Part shown: piece by piece, positions 27,328-39,300 of the stretch
Position numbering within the stretch: the stretch's first letter is position 1
How the letters are laid out: the number at the start of each line of letters is the position of its first letter
From: Octopus bimaculoides
Taxonomy: Eukaryota
Direction of reading: 5' to 3'
DNA length: 64,000 bases
Assembly (NCBI RefSeq): GCF_001194135.2
Contig: NC_069000.1
Location: 1,648,553 to 1,712,552 of the forward strand
Translations under genes and position numbers: made by a program
Notes under the pieces: model-generated
The model's database searches: none
What the model was told of the DNA's origin: nothing
Seen by the model: the letters and a program-made list of their open reading frames with translations, nothing else

Positions 27328-27784
27328 NNNNNNNNNNNNNNNNNNNNNNATATATATACAAATATACTGGTTCTGCTTTCAAACAGAAGCAATGATATAA
27401 TATATATTAATGTGAAAGAGCAGCAACGAAGATTGTGGTGGACGTACTTACATGTGTGCTTCGCTAATTATTTATATATGTGTATATATATTTATATATA
27501 CACTTACATGTGTGCTTCGGTGTTTATATATACATATATATATACATACATGTGTTGTATGTGTGCATATATTTACACTTTGTTAGATAGAGGTGAGATG
27601 TTTCGGTAGGAAGGTAGGTTGAGATGGTCCGGTCCAGTGTCGTCAGTTCAATGGCTGAATAGAAGCAGAGTGTGTGACGGATGTGCAGCGAATTTGTGTG
27701 TGTATGTGTGGGTGGTTGTATTCAACAAAAAAAGAAAACAGTAGAGAAAAGTTGTTATGGAATCGGCCGATAAAAGTGCATCAA

Positions 27785-27865
27785 CGGCCGACAGTCGGCT
27801 GTCAGTGATGGTGGCAGCCATACACTGTTTAGTGCGCACCTCTACTGCGCATCACGTCATAAACG
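27785..27865 (-). promoter_or_regulatory. Candidate SNRK core-promoter motif cluster
   Basis: CpG-rich island-like patch with a back-to-back YY1-like ATGGTGGCAGCCAT (27808-27821), two TGCGCA (27833, 27846) and a CRE-like CACGTCA (27853). No transcript evidence. Confidence 0.3.
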
Positions 27866-28405
27866 TATAACGAAGATAAGGGTGGGAGAGAGAGAGAGAG
27901 GGGGGAGGATAGTAAAGATATGTTGTGTCGGAGTGGGAGGGAGAGAAAGATACAAAAGGGAGAGAAAGAAAGAGTAAAAAAAGAAAGACGGAGAGAAAGA
28001 AACCGAGAAAGTGAAAGATAGAGAGAAAAAGAAAGAGACAGAAACAGTGTAAGGATGGGTAGGGTATACTTTTTGATTTATTTGTTTANNNNNNNNNNNN
28101 NNNNNNNNNNNNNNNNNNNNNNNNNNNNNNNNNNNNNNNNNNNNNNNNNNNNNNNNNNNNNNNNNNNNNNNNNNNNNNNNNNNNNNNNNNNNNNNNNNNN
28201 NNNNNNNNNNNNNNNNNNNNNNNNNNNNNNNNNNNNNNNNNNNNNNNNNNNNNNNNNNNNNNNNNNNNNNNNNNNNNNNNNNNNNNNNNNNNNNNNNNNN
28301 NNNNNNNNNNNNNNNNNNNNNNNNNNNNNNNNNNNNNNNNNNNNNNNNNNNNNNNNNNNNNNNNNNNNNNNNNNNNNNNNNNNNNNNNNNNNNNNNNNNN
28401 NNNNN

Positions 28406-28446
<41 letters not shown>

Positions 28447-29254
28447 TTTATGTGTGTGTGTCAGTGTTGTGATGCCTTATCGTGTGGTGTGCACGTGTAT
28501 AGAGGCACGCGCACACAAACAAACATCCGTACCAGACGGACATGCATCAATAACTGCGTGTGAAGGGTCAGTATCGTTTTAACGTACACGTTTTCCGTGC
28601 TAGCATGGGTCAGAAGGAGTTTGCTGAGGCAGATTTTCTACGGCCGGATGCCCTTCCTCTCACCAAACCTAACTTGCAAGCAAAGTAATATTTCCTGATG
28701 GCTAGACTTGTTTTTTGGAAACAGACAATACCGCATGGTCTTTGAATTTTGGGCCTCACAGAGGCAATGATTTGTGACTGAGACCTTTGGAGATGTGTCA
28801 TGCTTGAGAAGACTCGTCAAACCAAGTGAAATCATAGTCATGGCTGATGCTGGTGTCATGTAACTGGCACATAAAAAGCACCTTTCAAGTGTTGGGCCTC
28901 ACAGCGGCCAAGTGGCTGAGGCCAGTGGCAGGTGGAAAGTTCCTCTCAAGCACTGGGCCTCATGGAGGCAATGATGAATGACCAAGATCTTAGCATTATG
29001 TCGTGCTTGAGAAGAAGACCCATCATGCCAAGTAAAATCGCAGTTGTGGCAGATACCGGTACCAAGAAATGGCACCCATGTGGGTGGCATGAAAAAGTAC
29101 TCATTACACTCTCGGAGTGGTTGGCATTTGGAAGGGCATCCAGCTGTAGAAACCATGCCAAATCAAACTGGGGTCTGGTGCAAACTCCCAGCCCTGGTCA
29201 AACCGTCCAACCCATGGACAACGGACATTAAATGATGATGATGACGATTCTGAC

Positions 29255-29330
29255 CCACAGACATTACATATCCAGCAGGGCATGCTTGCTTCACTTCATT
29301 CCAGCATTCACAAGTTCTCTGCTTCTGAAG
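29255..29330 (-). mobile_element. Tiny degenerate RTE LINE fragment
   Basis: Shares gacattaca(c/t)atccagcag with the 45155-45172 copy; translates E*SEASMPCWICNV, a decayed form of the NEASMLRWMCNV-like segment. Confidence 0.5.
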
Positions 29331-30142
29331 CTTATCTTTTGCTGCCATACAACACATGTTGAGTCTCACTGAGAAGATGATAAACGATCAAGATGATTGG
29401 TGATTTGCTATGCTTGAGAAGACCTGTCCATCTAAGTAAAATCAAGGTCCCGGAAAGGAGGGTTAGCAGAAGAATCGCCAAACTATTTTCAAAGAAGGAG
29501 TTTTTGAAAGCGTTGCTTCATACTATAACAAGGCTCTCACTGCTTTCCTGGTTTCAAAGATAGAATCTGTTATTATGCTAAACTCCACCAAAAGGTCATA
29601 TGATTTGCATCCCGGAGCCCAACGCATAATTTTCCATTGATTCATGTCCGATGATTGCTAATTTCACCTCTCCATTTTGTGGATGGTTTTTGGCATGGAA
29701 TCGTTCGGTAACATTAATTGGTTGTTGTGCAGGTATAATAACAGCAACAACAATAATAATGGTTTCAAATTTTGACACAAGGCCAGCAATTTTAAGAGAG
29801 TGGGTCAAGTCGGTTACATTGACCAAGTGTTTAACCGATACTTATTTTATCGACACCGAAAGAATAAAAGGCAAAGTGGACCTCCCCGGAAAAATCAAAC
29901 TATTTACACGGATATGCGAGTGGTTAGAATCACATTTATTCCCAAGTTGGTTATAATGGTTTGAAATACCCCAGTAAATATTATTATGAATAATCTATCT
30001 ATCTATTTATGCATATATGTTTAAAAAGATACTTGGACAATAGTAAATAGAAAAATATATGTGAGCAAGTGGAAATACGAAAGTATGGCTAGAAATGGTC
30101 GGCTAATGTCAATAATAGTTCTCGCATGGCATTTCGTACGCG

Positions 30143-30336
30143 ATGGCAGTAAACACCAACATTCTGACCCCAGAACTAACGTTAGATCATTATGATGACT
30201 GGCTTAAAGGAAACCTTTCCAAATCCAAAACACAGTTAAAAACTGTTGTTAAAAGTAAAACTTGTGGTAAAGCTTTAGATCGAAAATCTTTAAAACCAGT
30301 TGAAAGTCCTCCTTCAATAATTCCACCACATCAAAG
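30143..30336 (+). CDS. TDRD9: TDRD9 exon 1 (MAVNTNILTPELTLDHYDDWLK...PPHQ)
   Basis: ATG to AAG|GTAAG donor, phase 2. LTLDHYDDWL resembles the vertebrate TDRD9 N-terminal LTIEQINDWF (recalled). Confidence 0.75.
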
Positions 30337-33300
30337 GTAAGAAGAATAAAACAAATAACGTAGATTACTAAAGGTGAAAAGAATGCTAAAACGTAATTAA
30401 ACGAATTTTGCTTCGTTACCAAATTACTCTGTAAATGAAATAATATATAAGTGGGGGGAAGAGGCAGCGCAACCACTTTGCTAAAGAAATTGCAAAACCT
30501 CACCCACGAACCTTTATTTTCTTCGTACAAAATGAAATCGAAAGTGAAAATTTTTTGGACAGTCCATTAAAAAATCAATGTTATTTAGGTTACAAAACAA
30601 CAAAAACACAAGACTTAATACCAGCCTTTTTGTTATATATCTACAATTTACTATATTAATAAATATTAAAAAAAGTACTTCGCAGTTTCCGGGCTTAACA
30701 TTCAAAATATTTTTTCTCTACTCCAACATATTCCTCGAAATTGTAAACTGTTTCTCGACCAAAGTGTTCTTTTTTTTTCTACTTCCTTCATCATTAATTA
30801 CAAATTAATTAATGAAATGTTATCTTTTTTTTTTATTTCTCATGAAATAAAAAAAAAAGTTTTCCTGTTGAATTTGATGGTTATAGGTAGTTGCCATGTA
30901 AAGTTTCACTAATTTTGTTTTGACATGAAATGTTTGAGTCTGTCTTTATATTTACTGTTGTGATAAGATGTGCAACTAATATCAGATATAATTTCATAGA
31001 GTGATCAATAAATCGAAGACCATAATAAATAATAATAAATTTTAAGCGAGTTAGTCCCTAGCTCGTATTTTGCACTACGAGTTTTCTTGAAATCAGGACT
31101 TAAGGAGTTATAATAAAGTTAAAATAATGCACGAATGTTAGTCGAACTAAAGCTACCTGGAGATTAAATTCTCCTGGTTGGAATTTTTGCTGTGTTCATC
31201 TGTATACACTAAGTTCCTATAACATGAGGAAATTAAATAGCAATAAGTTTATTGGCCAATAGACACCTGCTGAAATAATGTAGTAAATTCTACTCTTATA
31301 CTGGTTCCACTATTGGTCTGTGACTCTTTCAGGACTGTAATCGATTACATTGGCCCCTCTCCAATACTTCCCCGCTGCTTATTTTATCGATCTTGGAAAG
31401 ATGAAAGAGAAAGCCGACTCCTGCTAGATTAGAACTTAGAATGCGAGGGGTTGTAACTGAAAACTGCCTCTCGGTCCGCGACTCCATAAGTATGACTTGG
31501 GATGAAAGGGTAGACTACTAAAATAAACGTTTTTTTTTTTCAAGACTAAACATTTTTAGGAAGGGTCCCACAATTTAATCAACCTGCAACATGGCCGTTT
31601 TCCATGCTGGCATGGGTTGGATGGTTTGACTGGGGTCTGGCAAGCCAGGCTCCAATCTGATATATATATTTATTTATATATATATATGTATGTGTGTGTG
31701 GTTGCGTTATCTTGTCTTGCCCTTACATGACATCTGTAAACGAGTGTCACTGTTATACAAGCAGTGTCACTCATTCATTCATTTCCAATATTCTGTGAAA
31801 AACATGTCTGGCAAATATTATTTTGCATTGAAACAGGTGATGGTGGGTAACAGAAAGGACAACCTCAATAAACTTCATCCCACTCATGCAAGCATGGAAA
31901 ACTAGACATTAAAATGATGATGATGATATATGCAAACACACACACACACACACACACACACTGTAGTTACACTCTTTCACTCACTCTGTTCCTTCATATC
32001 TTGTTTTACCATTTCTATTACTGTTACTTTCACAATCTCTCTCTCTCTCTCTTGATTTATATTTCAAACAAGTTGATGCCAGTTTGGTTTGCTGCTTCAT
32101 GCTGCCCTAGTTTATCAGAATTCAGAAATGCTCTAAAGCACAAAGATAGCATTCTTTACTGTAGACGCGACTCTATCTTTCTCTATCACTATTTTTCCCC
32201 CTCCTGTTCTTCTTCTGTTACTACTATATCTTTCTTCCTTCTGTCACTACTGTCTTTCTCTCGTTGCTCACCTATTCTTCTACTTCCTTCCCTTGTTTCT
32301 CCCTCTACCACTCTCTCTCTCTCTCTTCCTTCCCTTGTTTCTCCCTGGTCACATGCTTCCGGTCACAAATCCTTTTCTTCCTTGGCTATCGCCGAGCAAA
32401 CACGCGAACTTACTTCGTCCCGGCTTTCAGTTCATGCCTCACAGCGTTCATATACACATAATTTTTCACGACTGGCCGCATAGCCTTTTCCGTTTGTTTT
32501 CCTGTCTTGTTTTTTGTCCGCCTCTACATTCCTCCATAGCACAGGTTTAATTTGTGTACACAAATTTAATTTGCAGTTCATGGGAAGAGCCATTTTAACG
32601 ATGCGTCCTGCCCAACTCTTCGAAATGCCGGTGTTAAAATGGGGGTAGCTGATGAAGGAAAATGTTCTCTATGTGGCTTGTGTGTTTTCTGTACTCTGGT
32701 TATTATTATTTTCTTGTCTACGTTTTGTTTGCAATGTCCTGTACCCAGATATGCACCTATATATACAGGTAGACGTAGGTATGCACATACCTGTACGTAT
32801 ATATGCATATACTCATTTATTATTTGTTTTATATATATATATATGTATATATATATACAGATTGATAAAACTTTTCAAATTTTTCAAAGTACCACCACCA
32901 CCACCACCTCCTATGTATGTACATACTCACAAGGCTTTGGTCAGCCCAAGGTGCCACGCAGTGGGACCGAACCCAGAACCATGTGATTGGGAAGCAAGTT
33001 TCAAGTTTCTTGAGAAGTTTCTTATCACACAGCCTTGCATTTATTCATTTATTCATCGATAGAAGGCAGAGATTTTGTTGCCATGAACATAGTGCAGTTA
33101 TTTCCCAGTTGTGATGGGCCGGCCACAGATTGCTCCTTACCAGTTAAAACTGTCGTAGATCCCAACAATATGTCCCTCCTGGTGTTTAATTAGTATTTGT
33201 TAAAAGACCAATGCAGAAAACACCATGGACAGTGAATAAGACTCTTCCGTGGGTGTTGTTAGTTAGTTCTGCGCACAGTGCTAGAAATATATTCTCATTC

Positions 33301-36300
33301 ACCAGCAGCAAACAACGACCCATGACAGACCTTTTTTTTTCATTTTTAAATTTCAGTTATTCTGCAAAGGAGAGAACAGATTATGTTTTGGAATACCAAG
33401 CTGCAGAACAGCAGAAGCTGGCTGACCAATCACAGGTGAGCAAGTACAACAGGTTCTTCTTTCAAAGATACAATTTAAACCACTTTCCTAACATTCATTA
33501 ATAGAAACTTTTGTTATTGATGTTGTTGTTTCGTTAGTGTTTCTTCTTCTTCTTTGTTAGTGACATTAATTACATTGTACACACGACTCCACAGAAATGG
33601 ACGCAGCTATGAGGCTGTTTTCTTTCATCTCCGCCTTCATCCGACGTATATGTTTTTATTTTAATGGTAATAAAGGAGATTTACTGCTGACATCTCATTC
33701 TTCATCTCGTCATGCTTTTCATCATCATCATCATCACTCTCCCACCCACCCACCTTCGATCTACCAATGTAATTATCACAATCATTACTGTCATTGCCTC
33801 TACAGTCATCATCATCATCATCATCACTATCAACACCACCAGTTTCACCATCCTCATCACCATCACCACAAACATCATCACCAAGACCACCATCACCACC
33901 ACCACCCGTCCCCCTCCCCCATAACAATTACTTCTGCCTTCATTATTGGCTCCAATCTTTCATTCATCATCCTCTCCTGCCACTCCATCCTCACCGTCTT
34001 CATTGTCACAAACATTCACCATTGCCTTTACTTTCATCAACATGATGACCATCATGACGGTGATGCTGCTGCTACTACTTCTACTACTTCTACTACTACT
34101 ACTACCACCACATGCCTTTGTATTTCTGTTTTGCCTTGTAGACACGAGATGTGAATGTTTCCGCAAATGAAACTTCCCTGAATCAGCTGGAGGAAGACTC
34201 TGGCCTCACAGAGGTGCACAACAACAGAAAAGAAAACTTAAGGTTGAACACAGACGTCTACGAAGGATTTACATTCAGTCATTCTCCCACAGTTCTACCA
34301 ATTGAAGAACACAAGAGTCAGGTAACTTTTCATTCCACTCATTCTCTTTGATTAAGGTTTTTTTTAACTTTTTGTTCAAAGTTGATGTTTGTTGGACTTT
34401 AAAAAAAAAAAAAAATTCTTTATTTTTTACAAGTATTTGTTTGTTTTGATGACTTTTTTCTTTTGTCTTTTACTTGCTTCAGTCATTAGACTGTGGCCAT
34501 GCTGGGGCACCACTTTAAAGAATTTTTGGTTGAATGAATTGGACTCCCTGCCCTCACTGCTTGATAACTGCTGTTGGTTTGTTTACATCTCCATAACTTA
34601 GCAGTTCAGTGAAAGAGACCAATTAAATAAGTATCAAGCTTAGAAAAAGTACCGGGTTCAATTTGTTTGACTAAAAAACCTTTTAAGGTGGTGCTCCAGC
34701 CTGGTCACAATCCAATGATTAAAACGGGGAAAAGGTAAGACAGACAACCATTTCCCTTTTCTCATTCTTTCTCTTTTTTTTTTGGTAAACAGATCATAAA
34801 CACTGTTGAAAGTAATCAAGTGACTGTGATACAGGGTCCAACAGGCTCTGGCAAAACCACACAAGTTCCTCAATTCATCCTGGATCATTATGCATCTAAG
34901 AACCAATACTGTAACATTGTTGTCACTCAACCGAGAAGGATTGCTGCCATCAGTATTGCTAAGAGAATTTGTCAAGAAAGACGATGGAAGTTAGGGACAT
35001 TTTGTGGATATCAGGTGAATTTTGAACCTTTCCATGTTTAGACACTTAATTTGGTGTTTGTTAATTAATTGTGTTTCCCTTTTGATTTTGATCCTGTCTT
35101 CAATCATTTTAGGTTGGAATGGATCGAGAAGTCTCTCCAAACACACGGCTGACCTACATGACCACTGGGGTCCTTTTGCAGAAACTTATTAACAAGAAGG
35201 ACATTAATGATTATACACACGTCATCCTTGACGAGGTTTGTAATGCTTGACACACACACACACACATGCTTACTATCATCATCATCATCATCACCACCAC
35301 TATAATTGTTGCTGCTACCACCACCACCACCACCTTTATTATCATCAGCATCAAAATCACCACCACCACCACTCCCAACATCACCATCCACCACCATCAC
35401 CACCCACCACCACTATCCACTACGACGACCACCACCACCTTTATTACCATCAGCATCAGCAGCAAAATCACCACCACCACTACCACCACCACCACTGCCA
35501 ACATCACCACCATCCACTACCACCATCACCGCCATGTTCATGTTGTTGTCATCTTTTTACTACAGATCCATGAACGAGATCAAGAGACAGATTTCTGCAT
35601 CCTCATCGTGCGGAAATTCCTTCGTTCGGTTTCCAAAAGAATTCGAGTAAGTATCCATTTGGTGATTATATTTTAGAATTCTTTGTATTTGTTTTATGTT
35701 TTAGTCGGGAGTAGAAGGAGCAACACCCCTGACCCCCTTTTTTTACAGGGTCTACCAGGCTGATGGGAATAACAGAGAAGATGAAACCATGGTTTCTGGA
35801 TTGCTGTCGTAGGAAGCGGCATATTGTCAAGGTGTATATCTATTAGTCAAGAGGGCAGTTTAGTCTCACAAATTTTCTCCTTACATTGCAGGTAATTCTG
35901 ATGTCTGCCACTTTGGATTCAGAAATGTTTGCCAATTACTTTGCCCTTCCAGTCCGTAACACCTTGGACCCTGCCCCCATAATCACAATTGATGGCAGTT
36001 TCTTTAGTGTGTCTGAATACTACGTTGAGGATTTGGTTCCATTGGGAACTGTAAGTACTCTTTTTCAATCTTTTAATTTGATATAAAATGCTTGACAATC
36101 TTTTAATCTGTTTTTGGTCCTCTTAATTCCTCCTGATAGAGGATGATGATAATGATTTTGTTGTTTATATCCAAGTTGGGTCTGATTGAGCAGACTTATG
36201 GTGAAAACCAGTCCAGCTTTGACTCTCCTGTCTTTTTAATATACCCAGTGCTACCCAGCCCCACCCTAGTTAACCCTGACCCTGCTTACTCCTGTTCTCT

Positions 36301-39300
36301 TTCTTATAATGTGAGTTGCCGTGTAATTCCTCAACAGCAAAAAGCCCTGTTCTGTTCCCTTCTTTTATACTTGAATCCCTCATCTCTTAGTATAAAGTTA
36401 CCCTACTTAGTCTTGCAAGCTGCATAGCAACTTCACTGTTGCCATGAAAAAAAAAAAAGCACTCAACACATGATGTAGAGTGGTGGCCCCCCTGTAGAAG
36501 CAGGCAAGGGGGAACTTAGTCTAAATGTGAATTGTAAACATTAATTAAAAAAAAAGCAAGGGAAACTCGAAGAGGTGTGAGGTGAGATCTGAGAATGTCT
36601 GGTGCTAGATTGAGACAAAAGGAGGTATTCTGATTTGCTGACCTGTCCAATTCTATGCTGCTTTGGGGCAGATTAATGCTAAAATGATAAAAATGATGTG
36701 ATGATGGTGATGTTAATGAGTTTGTGAATGTATTAATATCCAAGTGTTGTGAAAAGTTTATTTATTTTTCTTAGATAGGACAACTTGATCCTGACAACCC
36801 ACATATCACCCCTGAGTCTCAGCAATTAGCTGTCAACTTAATTCAACACTTTAACACATTTGAAACCAAAGAACAAGGGTAAGTTACATTCAAAACCCGA
36901 TTTTGGGTATCTTGGCTTCAGATAATCAATTTTGCCAATCACCTTCCATGCTGTAATTGTTTTCGTTCCAGCACACAATCTCAGATCAGGTCACTTACTA
37001 TGCAAGTACATCTCTGTAATAATAATAATAATGATAATAATCTGCTTGAAATACTTAATACTTACAGTGTTAAAATGGTATCATAAATTCCAGTCTTTGG
37101 TCGAATACTTTAATCCTTTAGCATTTTGGTTTCTCTGTCAAATGTAATGCTTATTTATTCACATTGTTATCTCATATCTCCATAGTTTTGATGAGGTGAA
37201 TATATATTTCTAGAATGATATTGTTGGGTATTTGTGAGAGGCTGGATCTGGCCAGTTTGAACTTAAAACACAGAATATTTGGGCCTGATATGGCTGGATT
37301 AAATGCAAAAGGGTTGAATAGCTATTTATGTATTTATTTTAATTTATTTTATTTTATTTTCTTTTTTTTTAGAAATGATCCTCATTCTGGACAACAGCCT
37401 ATTTGTGGAAGTGTTCTTGTTTTCTTGCCAGGTAAGCATTGAAACCATCATCATCATCATCATAACCACAGTCACAGCACCACTACCAAAACCATCATCA
37501 TTACTACAATCCTCACCACCACCATCACCTTCACTCATGACACGAACTCTATACTTCACATGATGAAGAATTGGCAGCAGCAGCCAATTCTTTCTCTTGC
37601 TTCCCTCTTCTCTCTCATTTATCCACACATCTGCTTCTATATCAAATTATCTTGAGCCGAGTTAAATTCCTTTCGAAACAGAAAGTTCCAAAGGCAGTTT
37701 CCTTTATCCTTAATTCATCATTTTAAGAAATTTTGATGCAAAATAAATTATTGTTTTGGAACATTTTGTTTTACAGGGTTGTCTGATATTGACAAGCTCT
37801 ATGACAAGCTAAGAACTCTGCCGGGTCAACACAGGTAAGTTGTCTAGTTTTATAGTCATCTCTCACTTCAACCCTTTAGCATTCAGATTACTGTGTTAGA
37901 AGTAAACCTTATTTATTCACATTGTTTTCAGTTAATCATGTATTATTGTATTGTTTTAAGATTTCAATGATGTGACTGTTTATTTTTAGAACGACATTGT
38001 AGGTTAGGTGTGAAAGGCCAGAAATGGCTGGCTTGAACATAAAACAAAATATTTTGGCCCGATACGGCTGTTTTAAATGCTAAAGTGTTAAAACAATAAA
38101 AATTACGAATGAATGAACTGCCAGAATTTCTTTCTGTTTTGTGGTTCCTTTGGTCAACCTCCATTTCTCTGATAGTCTCGTCAGATGGTGTTCTTTATGA
38201 TGTGGCCTGCCAACTCCTGTCAAACTGACCACCCTAAGCCATTAATGAAAATGGACGTTAAATGACGAGAGCGATCGCTTGAATCATAGTAATGTTTGTC
38301 ATCATCATCATTATTTAATGTCCAGCTTCCATTAAGTCAAAGCTTTTTTTCTTCTGATTCTGATGCAGGTTGGTTGTTATACCGTTACATTCTTCGGTGA
38401 CGATCGAGGAACAAAGTAAAGTGTTTCAGCCAACATCTCCCGGATATCGTAAGGTAAGTCTTCATCATCATCATCATCATCATTTAACTTCCACTTTTCC
38501 ATGCTTGTATGGCTTGGATCCAATCCGTTGATGTGGATTCTCCTTGGCAGGATGTCCTTGCTGCACTCACCAACATTTGGTTGGGAAATTTCGAAAAACC
38601 CCATCAAAAAATTTAAAAAATAAATAAAACTAAATTGGTTGTGATGTTAAGTTCCAGAATGTTCCTCCTGTTTCGATAAAGAATCTAATTGCTTTGTTTT
38701 GTTTTCTTTCCTGAGGTGATCCTTTCTACAAATATTGCTGAAAGTTCCATCACAGTGCCTGACATTAAATATGGTAAGTAATTCCAAACCATAACTAGAA
38801 GAAGTAGGAAATTAAAAATCATTACTCTGAGGATTTCACTGTAATAGTCACAGAACTGGTTTGGTACATGGTTTGTACATTTGCAGGCCGAATCCAGAGA
38901 TTCTCTTGAGGTCAGGAGGCACTTAGGTCCTCCAGTTTCCCCAGAAAGTTTTTCTCCACAGGATGTCATCAAATTTGCTTTAAGATGGCAGGTTTCTTTT
39001 GTTTTCCGTACATGTTTCCATAGCAAGATATTTTTCAGATGGAGGACCAGGTCTGTATTTAACAATTTGTAGAAAACAGAAAAACAGAGTTGTTTCCCAT
39101 AGAATCTGAAGCCCTTAAAAGTTATGTCCCTTGTCGATGTTTACTCTCGTCTTTCACCTACATTTGTTTATAAAATAAAGTTAATCGCCACATCAAAGTG
39201 GTTGTTCCATGTTACTACTAGTTTAACCTCAAGCAGATCTTCCACCAGCTGGTCACTGGCCGGAGCAGACTTTGGCTATCGCTCTGGTTTAGCAGACAAC

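Noticed and set aside
32590-32660. Hammerhead-like fragments (GCGTC, CGAAATGC, GTAGCTGATGA) and an 18-bp palindrome at 32549-32566
   Set aside because: The core segments cannot be arranged with paired stems I and II in any of the three topologies; the palindrome alone is uninformative.
33597-34170. His-, Thr-, Val- and Ser-rich ORFs (also 5941-6485, 35247-35676, 57101-57666)
   Set aside because: Translations of degenerate trinucleotide or dinucleotide arrays; only the parts overlapping true TDRD9 exons are coding.
35227-35571. DEIH rather than DEVH at helicase motif II
   Set aside because: A conservative variant within the DExH family; no functional novelty implied.
38150-38190. Minus-strand CTGACGA...GAAA
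   Set aside because: No credible stem II or III and no NUH site followed by stem I.
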